Assembly (NCBI RefSeq): GCF_016903815.1
Contig: NZ_CP069973.1
DNA from: Escherichia coli
GTDB lineage: Bacteria > Pseudomonadota > Gammaproteobacteria > Enterobacterales > Enterobacteriaceae
Direction: 5' to 3' (one strand)
DNA length: 64,000 nucleotides
Below, one piece after another: positions 41,350-56,164 of the stretch. Position 1 is the stretch's first letter; every line of letters starts with the position of its first letter. Position numbers and translations under genes: made by a program. Under the pieces are notes generated by a model that saw only the letters and a program-made list of their open reading frames with translations, searched no databases and was not told the origin of the DNA.

Positions 41350-42570
41350 TTAACCCTGCAACAGACGAATCAACAAAGAACCGTTATACATCGCGTCTTT
41401 TACCAGCGCAGCGCCTGCCATCGTGCCCTGGTTAGAAAACTGAGTACTCTCAACGCTAATGTGGTGACTATACGCAGGAAGGGCCTGCTGACGGATGCTA
41501 TCTGAGATGACTGGGAAGAGGATATCTGCCGCTTTACTTAACGGTGAGCCAATCAGTATTTTTTGCGGGTTAAATAAATTCACCATGATGGCAAGAATGC
41601 GACCGACATGCGCGCCTACCCCGGTAATGATGTCTTTTGCCAGTAGATCGCCGCGCAATGCCGCCTGACACAATGAGTCCACGGTTAACGGTTGTCCATG
41701 TAACATCGAGCTCATGGATTGATTGAGACGCAGCTGTGCCAGCTCAAGAATACTGTCCACACTGGCGATAGTTTCGAGGCAACCGTGATTCCCGCAATAA
41801 CAGCGTTTCCCATACGGGTCGACCTGTGTGTGGCCTATTTCCACGAGGCTACTGCTGCCTGCGTGTAGCAGATGACCATCGGTAATGACGCCCGCCCCCA
41901 CGTTGTGATCGATAACCACCTGAATCACATCGCGCGCCCCGCGTGAGGCACCAAACAAGGCCTCTGCCATCGTCCATGCGCTGATATCATGCTGGATATA
42001 AACCGGTACGCCGGTATGCTGCTCCAGCGCCTCGCCGAGCGGCATTTCTTTTACATCCTCGTAGAACGGCATGCGATGTACAATGCCATTTTCCGTATCA
42101 ATAATTCCCGGCAAGGTTATGGCAATCGAAGTTAGACGCTCAAGTTTTTTCTGGTGGCGGATAAAAAACTGATCGATATGGGAAATGATACGATCCAGCA
42201 ATGGTGAGTCATCTTTTAACGCCAGTTCCTGCGCCTCCTCCACCACCAGTTTGCTGCTCAGATCGCGCAGAGCAAGGAAAATCTCCCCGCGACTAATGCG
42301 CAGAGAAAGATAGTGCCAGGCTTCAGTTTCAACCACCAGCCCCACCGCCGGACGGCCACGGTTCCCCGCTTCTTTGATTTCCAGCTCTTGTACCAGGTGT
42401 GCTTCGAGCATCTCACGGACAATTTTGGTGATACTGGCAGGAGCCAGTTGCGCCAGACGGGAAAGATCGATACGCGAGACTGGACCAAGCTGATCAATCA
42501 GGCGATAAACCGCGCCCGCGTTGGTCTGCTTTATTTGATCAATGTGCCCAGGCTGGTTTTCAGCAACCAC
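41350..42570 (-). CDS. mlc: ROK-family transcriptional regulator Mlc (DgsA)
   Basis: 406 aa with N-terminal HTH and ROK sugar-kinase-like domain. Confidence 0.9.
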   Translation of the reverse strand: MVAENQPGHIDQIKQTNAGAVYRLIDQLGPVSRIDLSRLAQLAPASITKIVREMLEAHLVQELEIKEAGNRGRPAVGLVVETEAWHYLSLRISRGEIFLALRDLSSKLVVEEAQELALKDDSPLLDRIISHIDQFFIRHQKKLERLTSIAITLPGIIDTENGIVHRMPFYEDVKEMPLGEALEQHTGVPVYIQHDISAWTMAEALFGASRGARDVIQVVIDHNVGAGVITDGHLLHAGSSSLVEIGHTQVDPYGKRCYCGNHGCLETIASVDSILELAQLRLNQSMSSMLHGQPLTVDSLCQAALRGDLLAKDIITGVGAHVGRILAIMVNLFNPQKILIGSPLSKAADILFPVISDSIRQQALPAYSHHISVESTQFSNQGTMAGAALVKDAMYNGSLLIRLLQG

Positions 42571-42704
42571 CGCATACTCCCTATATTTTCGCGCTCCGAA
42601 ATAATCTGTAGGCTATGGTGAAGCACTTCAATACGTGTCGTCAAATTTTTACTTAGGCATGTGATTAACAGCACATTTTTCGGGCTTTTTCGCTGAAATT
42701 TCCC

Positions 42705-43598
42705 TCACCTGAGAGCATTCAGCAGATGAATACGAAAGTTACGCGCAGCCGGACTTTGTTCATGATGTTTCGGCCAGACCAACCACATTTCAGAAACCGC
42801 ATCCTCTTCAGCAATCGGCACCCAGCGCATTTCGTTGAGCTGAACACGTTTAAATGACGCAGGCAAAATTGAAACACCCAGACCGGCGGAAACCAGACCG
42901 ATGATGGTCATTGCCTCACCCACCTCCTGAGTGATGACGGGCGTCAAATGGTAACGTCGCATCAGCCCGAGAATATCGTCATACAGCCCTGTCCCGACGT
43001 GCGGATCAAAAAAGACAAAGGGTTCTTTCGCCAGTTCAGCCAGCGTTACACTCGGGTTATTTGCCAGGGGATGATCGTGCGGGATCATCGCCATAAGCGG
43101 TTCATGGACGATGACTGCGTGTTCAAGCGTCTCCGGTAACGCTGTGTTACGCAGCAATCCCATATCCAGCGTTCCTTCAATGAGCGGAGCGATTTGCTCG
43201 CGAGTGTTCATTTCGCGGGTTTGTAAATGGACATCGGGATAATCACGGCGAAACAGCGATAACGTATCGGACACCGCCCGAATAAAAGGAGCGGACGAAG
43301 TAAAACCAATGCGCAACTCCCCCGCTTCACCCTGATGCAGTCTTTCAGCGCGAGCGGCAGCGTCATCCACCATAGACAGGATTTGCCGACTATCTGCAAG
43401 AAACTGTTTTCCTGCTGCCGTCAGCAATACACTGCGATTAGTTCGTGCCAGCAGTCGGGCACCGATTTGTTGCTCCAGCGCCTGAATCTGCTGACTTAGC
43501 GGCGGTTGCGAAATATTCAGGCGGGCAGCGGCGCGCCCGAAATGCAGCTCTTCAGCAACAGCAACAAAGTAACGCAGATGACGAAGTTCAATATTCAT
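42705..43598 (-). CDS. ynfL: LysR-type transcriptional regulator YnfL
   Basis: 297 aa MNIELRHLRYFVAVAEELHFGRAAARLNISQPPLSQQIQ… (LysR HTH). Confidence 0.9.
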   Translation of the reverse strand: MNIELRHLRYFVAVAEELHFGRAAARLNISQPPLSQQIQALEQQIGARLLARTNRSVLLTAAGKQFLADSRQILSMVDDAAARAERLHQGEAGELRIGFTSSAPFIRAVSDTLSLFRRDYPDVHLQTREMNTREQIAPLIEGTLDMGLLRNTALPETLEHAVIVHEPLMAMIPHDHPLANNPSVTLAELAKEPFVFFDPHVGTGLYDDILGLMRRYHLTPVITQEVGEAMTIIGLVSAGLGVSILPASFKRVQLNEMRWVPIAEEDAVSEMWLVWPKHHEQSPAARNFRIHLLNALR

Positions 43599-43704
43599 AT
43601 TTAAAACATCTTATTTGAGATTATTAATATATTAGACAGAACAATTCGATTTTCCTACCCTATGTATAAGCCTGATCCACAGGCATATTTAGCAAGGATT
43701 TCAA

Positions 43705-44958
43705 GTGAGCCGTACTACAACTGTTGATGGCGCTCCGGCAAGCGACACTGACAAGCAAAGCATTTCTCAGCCAAATCAATTTATTAAACGCGGTACGCCG
43801 CAATTTATGCGCGTCACCCTGGCGCTGTTCTCTGCCGGACTGGCAACCTTCGCACTTCTCTATTGTGTGCAACCTATCCTTCCGGTGCTTTCGCAGGAGT
43901 TTGGCTTAACGCCCGCGAACAGTAGTATTTCACTGTCCATTTCTACGGCGATGTTGGCTATCGGTTTGCTGTTTACTGGCCCGTTATCTGATGCCATTGG
44001 TCGCAAACCAGTGATGGTAACGGCGCTACTGTTGGCCTCCATTTGCACATTACTTTCAACAATGATGACCAGCTGGCACGGCATTTTGATTATGCGCGCC
44101 TTGATTGGGCTTTCGTTAAGTGGCGTGGCAGCTGTTGGCATGACTTATCTTAGCGAGGAAATCCACCCCAGTTTCGTGGCCTTTTCGATGGGGTTGTATA
44201 TCAGCGGCAACTCAATTGGCGGCATGAGCGGACGCTTAATTAGTGGTGTCTTCACGGACTTTTTCAACTGGCGAATTGCTCTGGCGGCAATCGGTTGTTT
44301 CGCGCTGGCCTCGGCGTTGATGTTCTGGAAAATCCTCCCGGAATCACGCCATTTTCGCCCAACTTCCCTGCGACCAAAGACGTTATTTATCAACTTTCGT
44401 CTGCACTGGCGTGACCGGGGATTACCGTTATTGTTCGCAGAAGGCTTTTTGCTGATGGGGTCGTTCGTCACGCTGTTTAATTACATCGGCTATCGGTTGA
44501 TGCTCTCCCCCTGGCATGTCAGTCAGGCCGTGGTTGGCTTATTATCGCTGGCTTATTTGACCGGTACATGGAGCTCACCCAAAGCCGGAACCATGACCAC
44601 CCGCTATGGGCGCGGTCCGGTGATGTTGTTTTCGACGGGGGTTATGCTGTTTGGTTTATTGATGACCTTATTCAGCTCGCTGTGGCTGATCTTTGCCGGA
44701 ATGTTACTCTTCTCAGCCGGATTCTTCGCAGCCCACTCAGTAGCCAGCAGCTGGATCGGCCCCCGCGCAAAACGCGCTAAAGGCCAGGCCTCCTCGCTGT
44801 ATCTGTTCAGTTACTATCTGGGGTCGAGTATTGCCGGGACGCTGGGTGGTGTTTTCTGGCATAACTATGGCTGGAACGGCGTCGGCGCATTTATTGCTCT
44901 GATGCTGGTCATTGCTCTGCTGGTCGGGACGCGTTTGCATCGTCGTCTGCACGCCTGA
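43705..44958 (+). CDS. ynfM: MFS transporter YnfM
   Basis: 417 aa, about 12 predicted TM helices; divergent from ynfL. Confidence 0.85.
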   Translation: MSRTTTVDGAPASDTDKQSISQPNQFIKRGTPQFMRVTLALFSAGLATFALLYCVQPILPVLSQEFGLTPANSSISLSISTAMLAIGLLFTGPLSDAIGRKPVMVTALLLASICTLLSTMMTSWHGILIMRALIGLSLSGVAAVGMTYLSEEIHPSFVAFSMGLYISGNSIGGMSGRLISGVFTDFFNWRIALAAIGCFALASALMFWKILPESRHFRPTSLRPKTLFINFRLHWRDRGLPLLFAEGFLLMGSFVTLFNYIGYRLMLSPWHVSQAVVGLLSLAYLTGTWSSPKAGTMTTRYGRGPVMLFSTGVMLFGLLMTLFSSLWLIFAGMLLFSAGFFAAHSVASSWIGPRAKRAKGQASSLYLFSYYLGSSIAGTLGGVFWHNYGWNGVGAFIALMLVIALLVGTRLHRRLHA

Positions 44959-45381
44959 AAAATAAGTCCGGACTGCGGTAAATACCCATCCGGACTTATT
45001 GCCTGCTCAAACCAACGTTAATAGCCATCCTAAAATAGACGAAGCGCCAGCCAATTCCCGCAGCGCATCTAGTGTCATCAGGATTATAAGTACCCAAATA
45101 AACGGATTCATTTTGCTGTGTGTCATTTATTACTGATGCGCAGTTATTCTACCGCTTTGTAAGTAGTAAAATAGTTAACCCGATCAAGACTACTATTATT
45201 GGTAGCTAAATTTCCCTTAAGTCACAATACGTTATTATCAACGCTGTAATTTATTCAGCGTTTGTACATATCGTTACACGCTGAAACCAACCACTCACGG
45301 AAGTCTGCCATTCCCAGGGATATAGTTATTTCAACGGCCCCGCAGTGGGGTTAAATGAAAAAACAAATTGAGGGTATGACA

Positions 45382-45690
45382 ATGAAAAAAGTATTAGCTC
45401 TGGTTGTTGCCGCTGCTATGGGTCTGTCTTCTGCCGCCTTTGCTGCAGAGACTGCGACCACACCTGCTCCGACTGCGACGACCACCAAAGCAGCGCCTGC
45501 GAAAACCACACATCATAAAAAACAGCATAAAGCAGCACCTGCCCAGAAAGCGCAGGCGGCTAAAAAGCATCATAAAAATGCCAAAGCTGAACAGAAAGCT
45601 CCTGAACAAAAAGCGCAGGCAGCGAAGAAACACGCCAAGAAACACAGCCATCAGCAACCGGCAAAACCTGCTGCACAACCCGCAGCGTAA
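45382..45690 (+). CDS. asr: Acid shock protein Asr
   Basis: 102 aa from [21 protein letters not shown], then Ala/Lys/His-rich repeats. Confidence 0.85.
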   Translation: MKKVLALVVAAAMGLSSAAFAAETATTPAPTATTTKAAPAKTTHHKKQHKAAPAQKAQAAKKHHKNAKAEQKAPEQKAQAAKKHAKKHSHQQPAKPAAQPAA

Positions 45691-45782
45691 GTTATCAATA
45701 GTAATGCTGGCGCGCCCCCTCGCGCCTGAAAATTACGGTGCTAAGCGGATAACGTTTAGCACCGCCTTTAGCGGAGGGTAGT

Positions 45783-45866
45783 ATGGTGGGCCGTTATCGC
45801 TTTGAGTTCATTCTTATCATCCTTATTTTATGCGCACTGATTGCCGCCCGTTTTTATCTTTCCTGA
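45783..45866 (+). CDS. ydgU: Small membrane protein YdgU (27 aa)
   Basis: Hand translation MVGRYRFEFILIILILCALIAARFYLS; below the ORF-track cutoff. Confidence 0.55.
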   Translation: MVGRYRFEFILIILILCALIAARFYLS

Positions 45867-45965
45867 TCGTAGTTATCTGATTTTACTCCCACTTTCATCC
45901 CGTCCCGTCTATAGTATTTATGAGGGTTTGCTTTTAATAATCATAATTACCCACCAGAGTGTGAT

Positions 45966-46787
45966 ATGCGTACAACCATTGCTGTAGTGTTGGGTGCAAT
46001 TAGTTTGACGTCTGCTTTTGTGTTTGCAGATAAACCAGACGTTGCCAAATCGGCAAACGATGAGGTCAGCACCCTGTTTTTTGGTCATGATGATCGTGTG
46101 CCAGTGAATGACACGACCCAATCACCGTGGGATGCGGTTGGCCAACTGGAAACGGCCAGCGGCAATTTATGTACGGCGACGCTGATTGCACCCAATCTGG
46201 CATTAACGGCAGGACACTGTTTATTGACGCCGCCAAAGGGTAAAGCCGATAAAGCGGTAGCGCTGCGTTTCGTGTCAAATAAAGGTCTTTGGCGCTATGA
46301 GATCCACGACATAGAAGGCCGCGTTGATCCGACACTGGGAAAGCGGTTAAAAGCAGATGGGGATGGTTGGATTGTTCCTCCCGCAGCTGCGCCGTGGGAC
46401 TTCGGTTTGATTGTGCTACGTAATCCGCCTTCTGGCATTACACCATTGCCGTTATTTGAGGGAGATAAAGCCGCGCTTACCGCCGCATTAAAAGCGGCAG
46501 GTCGTAAAGTGACTCAGGCGGGATACCCTGAAGATCATCTCGATACGTTGTACAGTCATCAAAACTGTGAAGTGACTGGCTGGGCGCAAACGTCGGTGAT
46601 GTCGCATCAGTGCGATACCTTGCCGGGTGACAGCGGTTCGCCTCTGATGTTGCATACCGATGACGGCTGGCAATTAATTGGGGTGCAAAGTTCGGCTCCT
46701 GCCGCGAAAGATCGCTGGCGCGCCGATAACCGGGCCATTTCTGTTACCGGTTTTCGCGACAGGCTGGATCAACTGTCGCAAAAATAA
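45966..46787 (+). CDS. ydgD: Trypsin-like serine protease YdgD
   Basis: 273 aa with signal peptide and His/Ser motifs (TAGHC, GDSGSP). Confidence 0.9.
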   Translation: MRTTIAVVLGAISLTSAFVFADKPDVAKSANDEVSTLFFGHDDRVPVNDTTQSPWDAVGQLETASGNLCTATLIAPNLALTAGHCLLTPPKGKADKAVALRFVSNKGLWRYEIHDIEGRVDPTLGKRLKADGDGWIVPPAAAPWDFGLIVLRNPPSGITPLPLFEGDKAALTAALKAAGRKVTQAGYPEDHLDTLYSHQNCEVTGWAQTSVMSHQCDTLPGDSGSPLMLHTDDGWQLIGVQSSAPAAKDRWRADNRAISVTGFRDRLDQLSQK

Positions 46788-46825
46788 TGTTCAAACGCTG
46801 CCCGACAGCGCGGGCAGCGTGTTCA

Positions 46826-47155
46826 TCAGGCAAGTTTCACCATGATCATTCCAGCCAACAGCAAGACCAGGCCAATCCAGCCTTTACGATTTAACCGTTG
46901 ACCAAACAAGATCCAACCTGCGGCTAACGTGGCGGCAATACCAAACCCGCCCCACAATGCATAAGCGACAGACAAGTCGATCCCTTTAACGGCCTGAGAA
47001 AGCGCACTAAAGGCAGCCAGCACCGCCGCCAGGGAGAGCAAGCCAAATATTTTGCGACGAAAGCCGTCAGAAAATTTCAAAAAGACGTTAGCAACGATTT
47101 CCAGCACGATTGCCAATGCCAGCCAAGCGGCGTGAACCCATTCAAACTGCGCCAT
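46826..47155 (-). CDS. mdtI: SMR-family spermidine exporter subunit MdtI
   Basis: 109 aa, four TM helices. Confidence 0.9.
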
Positions 47156-47507
47156 GGTTCACCTCCAGTTCAGGTTTACGCGCTTTACGGGTACCTGATT
47201 TGATCAATACAATCCCGGCCACCAGGGTGGTTAACCCGGCAATTTTCATCAGCGATAAACTTTCGTCGAATAACAAAACACTAAACAAGGTAATAAATAA
47301 AATACCGATACCTTCCCACAGCGCATAAGCCACGCCTAAGGCGATCTTTTTAACGGCGAAAGAGAGAAATATATACGACAGAGAAATCATCACCAGCATT
47401 AAAATAAAGCCGCCATTTCCCTCACTGACGCTCGCCCATTTCATAGACAGCGTACCGGTAATTTCTGTAGCAATAGCCAGACCTAATAAAATCCAATAAA
47501 TATACAT
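47142..47507 (-). CDS. mdtJ: SMR-family spermidine exporter subunit MdtJ
   Basis: 121 aa; overlaps mdtI by 14 nt. Confidence 0.9.
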
Positions 47508-47918
47508 TGTCCTTCTCCTGCAAGAGAATTATTTTAATTTTCGCTTAATTCAGCGAAACCAAAGTAAAGTGGTCAAGCCCCGCGCATAGCGTAAGCTTAA
47601 GCAGAAGAAAGGACTAAAGCGCGTTGCGCCAGTGCTGCTCACCTACGAGCAAGATAGTGGATGAGGTACGAAGATGGGTAAATGTAGAAAATAACGTCCT
47701 GAACAAATTGTCCATAATATTACAATTATCCGCAGTGTTGCTTCTCGTCATCGCGGATGATAATTGTCCTCGGTAGTTGAACACGCCTGATTTGTATCAT
47801 AGCTTAAGAATTAACTCAAAATATTTTCACTTCTTTACCTGAGCGGTTTGATTTTCGTTATGATGACGGAGCGAAAAAGACATTATTATTAGCAAAGGAA
47901 GAAAAAACGGGGACAAGC

Positions 47919-48953
47919 ATGGCAAAGCCGATCATCACGCTCAATGGCCTAAAAATCGTCATTATGTTGGGAATGCTGGTCATTATTCTCTGCGGTATCC
48001 GTTTTGCCGCCGAGATCATCGTGCCGTTTATTCTCGCATTATTTATTGCTGTTATTCTTAACCCGCTGGTGCAACACATGGTCCGCTGGCGAGTGCCGCG
48101 TGTACTGGCGGTGTCGATTTTGATGACCATCATCGTGATGGCGATGGTGTTGCTGTTAGCTTATCTGGGTTCCGCGCTCAACGAGTTGACGCGGACGTTA
48201 CCGCAATATCGCAACTCTATTATGACGCCGCTGCAAGCGATTGAACCGTTGTTGCAACGCGTAGGGATTGATGTCTCAGTTGACCAACTGGCGCATTACA
48301 TTGATCCGAACGCGGCGATGACGTTGCTCACCAACTTATTGACGCAGTTATCTAATGCCATGTCATCAATATTTTTATTGCTGCTGACGGTGCTGTTTAT
48401 GCTGCTCGAAGTGCCACAATTGCCCGGAAAATTTCAGCAAATGATGGCGCGTCCGGTTGAAGGGATGGCGGCGATTCAGCGTGCGATTGACAGTGTGTCT
48501 CATTATCTGGTGCTGAAAACAGCCATCAGCATCATCACCGGCCTGGTCGCCTGGGCGATGCTCGCCGCACTCGATGTTCGCTTCGCTTTTGTCTGGGGAT
48601 TGCTGGCCTTTGCGCTTAATTACATCCCTAATATTGGTTCAGTTCTCGCGGCAATTCCCCCTATCGCTCAGGTACTGGTATTTAATGGCTTCTACGACGC
48701 GTTGCTGGTGCTGGCGGGATATCTGCTGATTAATCTGGTCTTCGGCAATATTCTGGAGCCGCGCATCATGGGGCGTGGGCTGGGGCTTTCCACATTGGTG
48801 GTATTTCTGTCGTTGATTTTTTGGGGATGGTTGTTAGGACCGGTGGGTATGCTGCTTTCCGTGCCGTTGACAATTATTGTCAAAATTGCGCTTGAACAAA
48901 CAGCGGGAGGTCAAAGCATCGCCGTTCTGTTAAGCGATCTCAATAAAGAGTGA
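47919..48953 (+). CDS. tqsA: AI-2 transport protein TqsA (YdgG)
   Basis: 344 aa polytopic membrane protein. Confidence 0.9.
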   Translation: MAKPIITLNGLKIVIMLGMLVIILCGIRFAAEIIVPFILALFIAVILNPLVQHMVRWRVPRVLAVSILMTIIVMAMVLLLAYLGSALNELTRTLPQYRNSIMTPLQAIEPLLQRVGIDVSVDQLAHYIDPNAAMTLLTNLLTQLSNAMSSIFLLLLTVLFMLLEVPQLPGKFQQMMARPVEGMAAIQRAIDSVSHYLVLKTAISIITGLVAWAMLAALDVRFAFVWGLLAFALNYIPNIGSVLAAIPPIAQVLVFNGFYDALLVLAGYLLINLVFGNILEPRIMGRGLGLSTLVVFLSLIFWGWLLGPVGMLLSVPLTIIVKIALEQTAGGQSIAVLLSDLNKE

Positions 48954-48974
48954 CGGCCTCCGCAGAGGCCGTCA
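48951..48974. terminator. Bidirectional hairpin terminator between tqsA and pntB
   Basis: Palindrome TGACGGCCTC-CGCA-GAGGCCGTCA spanning the convergent gene ends. Confidence 0.5.
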
Positions 48975-48977
48975 GGG

Positions 48978-50369
<1,392 letters not shown>

Positions 50370-50376
50370 TTACCCC

Positions 50377-51972
<1,596 letters not shown>

Positions 51973-52432
51973 TCATGTACGAGCTAAATGTTACTCCGTT
52001 AAAATAAATTAGTAACAAACGCCCTATAACGTACTGAAAATTATGCCTGTGATCTAGCGCCAAAAATCAGTATTTCGGCGTGAACTCGCAAAATATTAAC
52101 GATTCAGCCGTGATAGTGGGATAAACACCTTAGAACGCCGGATAAAGACTGATAATTGTCTTCGACGGTCAGGTAAAACGAGACATCGCCCCGGTACGAA
52201 TCACTACTTAACATTAAATTAACTTATACAATTCAGTTGCTTCAGTAGTATTGATGCTGATACGGCTGTTTTTTAAGCATAGACGGTCATTTGAGCAGGA
52301 TTAAAATTGGCTTAAGGAATGTGATATGAAAAATGACGCAGACAGTTACACCGTTTAAATGCAATAATCAGCCACGTTTCTCGTTAATAACAATACCAGT
52401 ACCTGGTTTGCGCAAGGCGAAGGATTATTTTT

Positions 52433-53377
52433 ATGAAGCTTAAGAACACCCTCCTGGCGTCGGCACTGCTTTCTGCTACGGCATTCTCCGTTAACGCAGC
52501 AACAGAACTGACACCGGAGCAAGCGGCAGCGGTTAAACCTTTTGACCGTGTAGTGGTTACCGGTCGTTTTAATGCTATTGGCGAAGCGGTGAAAGCCGTT
52601 TCTCGTCGCGCAGATAAAGAAGGTGCCGCCTCTTTTTATGTTGTCGACACTTCTGATTTTGGTAACAGCGGTAACTGGCGTGTGGTCGCTGACCTCTATA
52701 AAGCCGATGCTGAAAAAGCAGAAGAAACAAGTAATCGCGTAATTAACGGTGTTGTCGAACTGCCGAAAGATCAGGCTGTTCTGATTGAACCGTTTGACAC
52801 GGTCACCGTCCAGGGCTTTTATCGTAGCCAGCCAGAAGTCAATGATGCCATCACCAAAGCAGCAAAAGCGAAAGGTGCCTACTCTTTCTACATTGTTCGT
52901 CAAATCGATGCCAACCAGGGCGGCAACCAGCGTATTACTGCATTCATCTATAAAAAAGATGCTAAGAAACGTATCGTCCAGAGCCCGGATGTGATCCCGG
53001 CAGATTCCGAAGCAGGACGTGCAGCTCTGGCTGCCGGTGGCGAAGCTGCGAAGAAAGTTGAGATCCCGGGTGTTGCGACTACCGCATCACCAAGTTCTGA
53101 AGTCGGTCGCTTCTTTGAAACCCAGTCATCAAAAGGCGGGCGTTACACCGTCACGCTCCCGGATGGCACTAAAGTCGAAGAACTGAACAAAGCGACCGCA
53201 GCGATGATGGTCCCGTTCGACAGCATCAAATTCTCTGGCAACTACGGCAACATGACCGAAGTCTCCTATCAGGTTGCGAAACGTGCCGCGAAGAAAGGTG
53301 CTAAGTATTACCACATCACCCGCCAGTGGCAGGAACGTGGTAATAACCTGACCGTCAGCGCAGATCTGTATAAATAA
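52433..53377 (+). CDS. ydgH: DUF1471 periplasmic protein YdgH
   Basis: 314 aa with signal peptide and three internal repeats; hairpin plus T-tract terminator about 20 nt downstream. Confidence 0.9.
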   Translation: MKLKNTLLASALLSATAFSVNAATELTPEQAAAVKPFDRVVVTGRFNAIGEAVKAVSRRADKEGAASFYVVDTSDFGNSGNWRVVADLYKADAEKAEETSNRVINGVVELPKDQAVLIEPFDTVTVQGFYRSQPEVNDAITKAAKAKGAYSFYIVRQIDANQGGNQRITAFIYKKDAKKRIVQSPDVIPADSEAGRAALAAGGEAAKKVEIPGVATTASPSSEVGRFFETQSSKGGRYTVTLPDGTKVEELNKATAAMMVPFDSIKFSGNYGNMTEVSYQVAKRAAKKGAKYYHITRQWQERGNNLTVSADLYK

Positions 53378-53562
53378 CTATTCAGTTACTCCTATAAGGC
53401 GGCTTGATGCCGCCTTTCGCATTTTTAGTCACAAGTTTCCCCGCGACCATTGCATGCAGACACATCTCTTCGTAAAATCCGGCGCTTCAGTGGCAAACTC
53501 CATTTTTATGCGTTTTGCCCTAATATTTATTCTTCTTATCACGTTTTAATCACTGGATATCG

Positions 53563-54945
53563 ATGGAAAAGAAACTGGGACTGAGCGCACTCACCGCGCT
53601 GGTATTAAGCTCAATGCTGGGCGCGGGTGTTTTCAGTCTGCCGCAAAATATGGCGGCAGTTGCCAGCCCGGCAGCACTGCTCATCGGCTGGGGTATTACT
53701 GGTGCTGGTATTTTATTACTGGCCTTTGCCATGCTGATCCTCACGCGCATTCGTCCCGAACTTGACGGCGGTATCTTTACCTATGCCCGCGAAGGGTTTG
53801 GCGAGCTAATCGGCTTTTGTTCCGCATGGGGATACTGGCTGTGCGCGGTCATCGCCAACGTCTCCTATCTGGTGATCGTTTTTTCCGCGTTAAGCTTTTT
53901 TACGGACACGCCGGAATTGCGCCTGTTTGGCGATGGTAATACCTGGCAATCGATAGTCGGTGCATCGGCTTTATTGTGGATTGTTCACTTTTTGATCCTG
54001 CGCGGGGTGCAAACCGCTGCCAGCATTAACCTGGTGGCGACACTGGCAAAATTGTTGCCGCTGGGTCTGTTTGTTGTGCTGGCGATGATGATGTTCAAAC
54101 TGGATACCTTCAAGCTCGACTTCACCGGACTTGCACTTGGCGTACCCGTTTGGGAACAGGTGAAAAACACCATGCTGATCACCCTGTGGGTTTTCATTGG
54201 TGTGGAAGGTGCCGTGGTTGTTTCTGCGCGTGCGCGTAATAAACGTGATGTTGGCAAAGCGACACTGCTGGCGGTTCTCTCCGCTCTGGGCGTTTACTTG
54301 CTGGTAACGCTGCTTTCGCTGGGTGTGGTGGCACGTCCTGAACTGGCTGAAATTCGTAACCCGTCAATGGCCGGTCTGATGGTGGAAATGATGGGACCAT
54401 GGGGCGAAATCATCATCGCAGCCGGTTTGATCGTTTCCGTTTGCGGCGCGTACTTAAGCTGGACCATCATGGCAGCAGAAGTTCCGTTCCTTGCAGCCAC
54501 CCATAAAGCATTCCCGCGCATTTTTGCGCGCCAGAACGCACAAGCTGCGCCATCCGCCTCACTGTGGTTGACCAACATCTGCGTGCAAATTTGTCTGGTA
54601 CTCATCTGGCTGACCGGTTCCGATTACAACACGTTGCTGACCATCGCCTCAGAAATGATTCTGGTGCCCTATTTCCTGGTCGGCGCGTTCTTGCTGAAAA
54701 TCGCAACCCGTCCACTGCATAAGGCGGTAGGTGTCGGTGCCTGCATTTATGGCTTATGGTTACTGTACGCCTCTGGTCCAATGCACTTGCTGTTATCCGT
54801 TGTTCTGTATGCGCCGGGGCTGCTGGTTTTCCTGTACGCGCGTAAAACGCATACCCATGATAATGTACTGAATCGTCAGGAAATGGTGCTGATTGGCATG
54901 CTGTTAATTGCCTCAGTTCCGGCGACCTGGATGCTGGTGGGATAA
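53563..54945 (+). CDS. ydgI: Arginine:ornithine antiporter-like APC transporter YdgI
   Basis: 460 aa polytopic membrane protein. Confidence 0.9.
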   Translation: MEKKLGLSALTALVLSSMLGAGVFSLPQNMAAVASPAALLIGWGITGAGILLLAFAMLILTRIRPELDGGIFTYAREGFGELIGFCSAWGYWLCAVIANVSYLVIVFSALSFFTDTPELRLFGDGNTWQSIVGASALLWIVHFLILRGVQTAASINLVATLAKLLPLGLFVVLAMMMFKLDTFKLDFTGLALGVPVWEQVKNTMLITLWVFIGVEGAVVVSARARNKRDVGKATLLAVLSALGVYLLVTLLSLGVVARPELAEIRNPSMAGLMVEMMGPWGEIIIAAGLIVSVCGAYLSWTIMAAEVPFLAATHKAFPRIFARQNAQAAPSASLWLTNICVQICLVLIWLTGSDYNTLLTIASEMILVPYFLVGAFLLKIATRPLHKAVGVGACIYGLWLLYASGPMHLLLSVVLYAPGLLVFLYARKTHTHDNVLNRQEMVLIGMLLIASVPATWMLVG

Positions 54946-54981
54946 CGTTCATCCCATCGTTGGATAGCAAAGGAGATCACG

Positions 54982-55704
54982 ATGGGTAAAACCCAGCCCT
55001 TGCCAATATTAATTACTGGCGGAGGTCGCCGCATCGGCCTCGCCCTCGCATGGCATTTCATTAATCAAAAGCAACCGGTGATTGTCAGCTATCGGACGCA
55101 CTATCCCGCCATTGATGGACTGATTAAAGCAGGTGCGCAGTGTATTCAGGCTGATTTTTCGACCAACGACGGTGTGATGGCGTTTGCCGATGAAGTACTA
55201 AAAAGCACCCATGGTCTGCGTGCTATTTTGCATAACGCCAGCGCGTGGATGGCGGAAAAACCGGGAGCGCCACTGACCGACGTACTGGCTTGCATGATGC
55301 AGATCCACGTTAATACCCCATACCTGCTCAACCATGCACTGGAAAGATTACTGCGTGGGCACGGACACGCCGCCAGCGATATCATTCACTTTACCGATTA
55401 TGTGGTGGAGCGCGGTAGCGACAAACATATTGCCTATGCTGCAAGCAAAGCGGCACTGGATAATATGACTCGCTCGTTTGCCCGCAAGCTGGCACCGGAA
55501 GTGAAAGTGAATTCTATTGCGCCATCGCTGATCCTGTTTAATGAACATGATGATGCCGAATATCGACAACAGGCGCTGAATAAATCACTGATGAAAACCG
55601 CGCCTGGCGAGAAAGAAGTGATCGACCTGGTCGATTACTTACTTACCAGCTGCTTTGTCACCGGACGCAGTTTCCCTCTTGATGGCGGTCGTCATCTGCG
55701 TTAA
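54982..55704 (+). CDS. folM: Dihydromonapterin reductase FolM (SDR family)
   Basis: 240 aa with Rossmann motif ITGGGRRIG. Confidence 0.9.
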   Translation: MGKTQPLPILITGGGRRIGLALAWHFINQKQPVIVSYRTHYPAIDGLIKAGAQCIQADFSTNDGVMAFADEVLKSTHGLRAILHNASAWMAEKPGAPLTDVLACMMQIHVNTPYLLNHALERLLRGHGHAASDIIHFTDYVVERGSDKHIAYAASKAALDNMTRSFARKLAPEVKVNSIAPSLILFNEHDDAEYRQQALNKSLMKTAPGEKEVIDLVDYLLTSCFVTGRSFPLDGGRHLR

Positions 55705-56036
55705 TGCAGCTTTATCCAGCATATAATCAACACCCATGCGCTTATCCCCCAACACGCAACAGAACCAACAAAAGCGGCGGGCAAGCGCATCATTCCGGTG
55801 AAATACCACAGCGACGCCAGGTAAACAAAATAGGGAATAATCGACCACATACTAAAAATGATGGTTGCGCGTAAGGCTTCAATGCCGCGTTCGCTGGCAA
55901 CAATATAATGCGCGATAAGCGCAAAGGTCGGGAAAAGTGGTATCAGCCCGGCGATATAATAATTTTTCGTTTTTGCTAAAACACCAATCAACAGCACTAC
56001 CAGCGCACCGAGCGCGGCTTTGATTACCAGCCCCAT
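55701..56036 (-). CDS. ydgC: GlpM-family membrane protein YdgC
   Basis: 111 aa; convergent 4-nt overlap with folM. Confidence 0.85.
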   Translation of the reverse strand: MGLVIKAALGALVVLLIGVLAKTKNYYIAGLIPLFPTFALIAHYIVASERGIEALRATIIFSMWSIIPYFVYLASLWYFTGMMRLPAAFVGSVACWGISAWVLIICWIKLH

Positions 56037-56164
56037 CTTTTTACCTTAACACTTCCATAACAAGTCATCAGTAGAATACCTGATGAAACCTTGTTTAGAA
56101 ACGATTGATAGTAAGTAAAAACAGTGCGGTGTATTGTGACGTTTTTATATCTACCGTGAATGTT

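Noticed and set aside
45394-45781. ORFs on both strands overlapping asr (45394..45678 minus, 45404..45781 plus)
   Set aside because: Produced by the low-complexity Ala/Lys/His repeat region of asr; asr itself has the signal peptide and expected frame.
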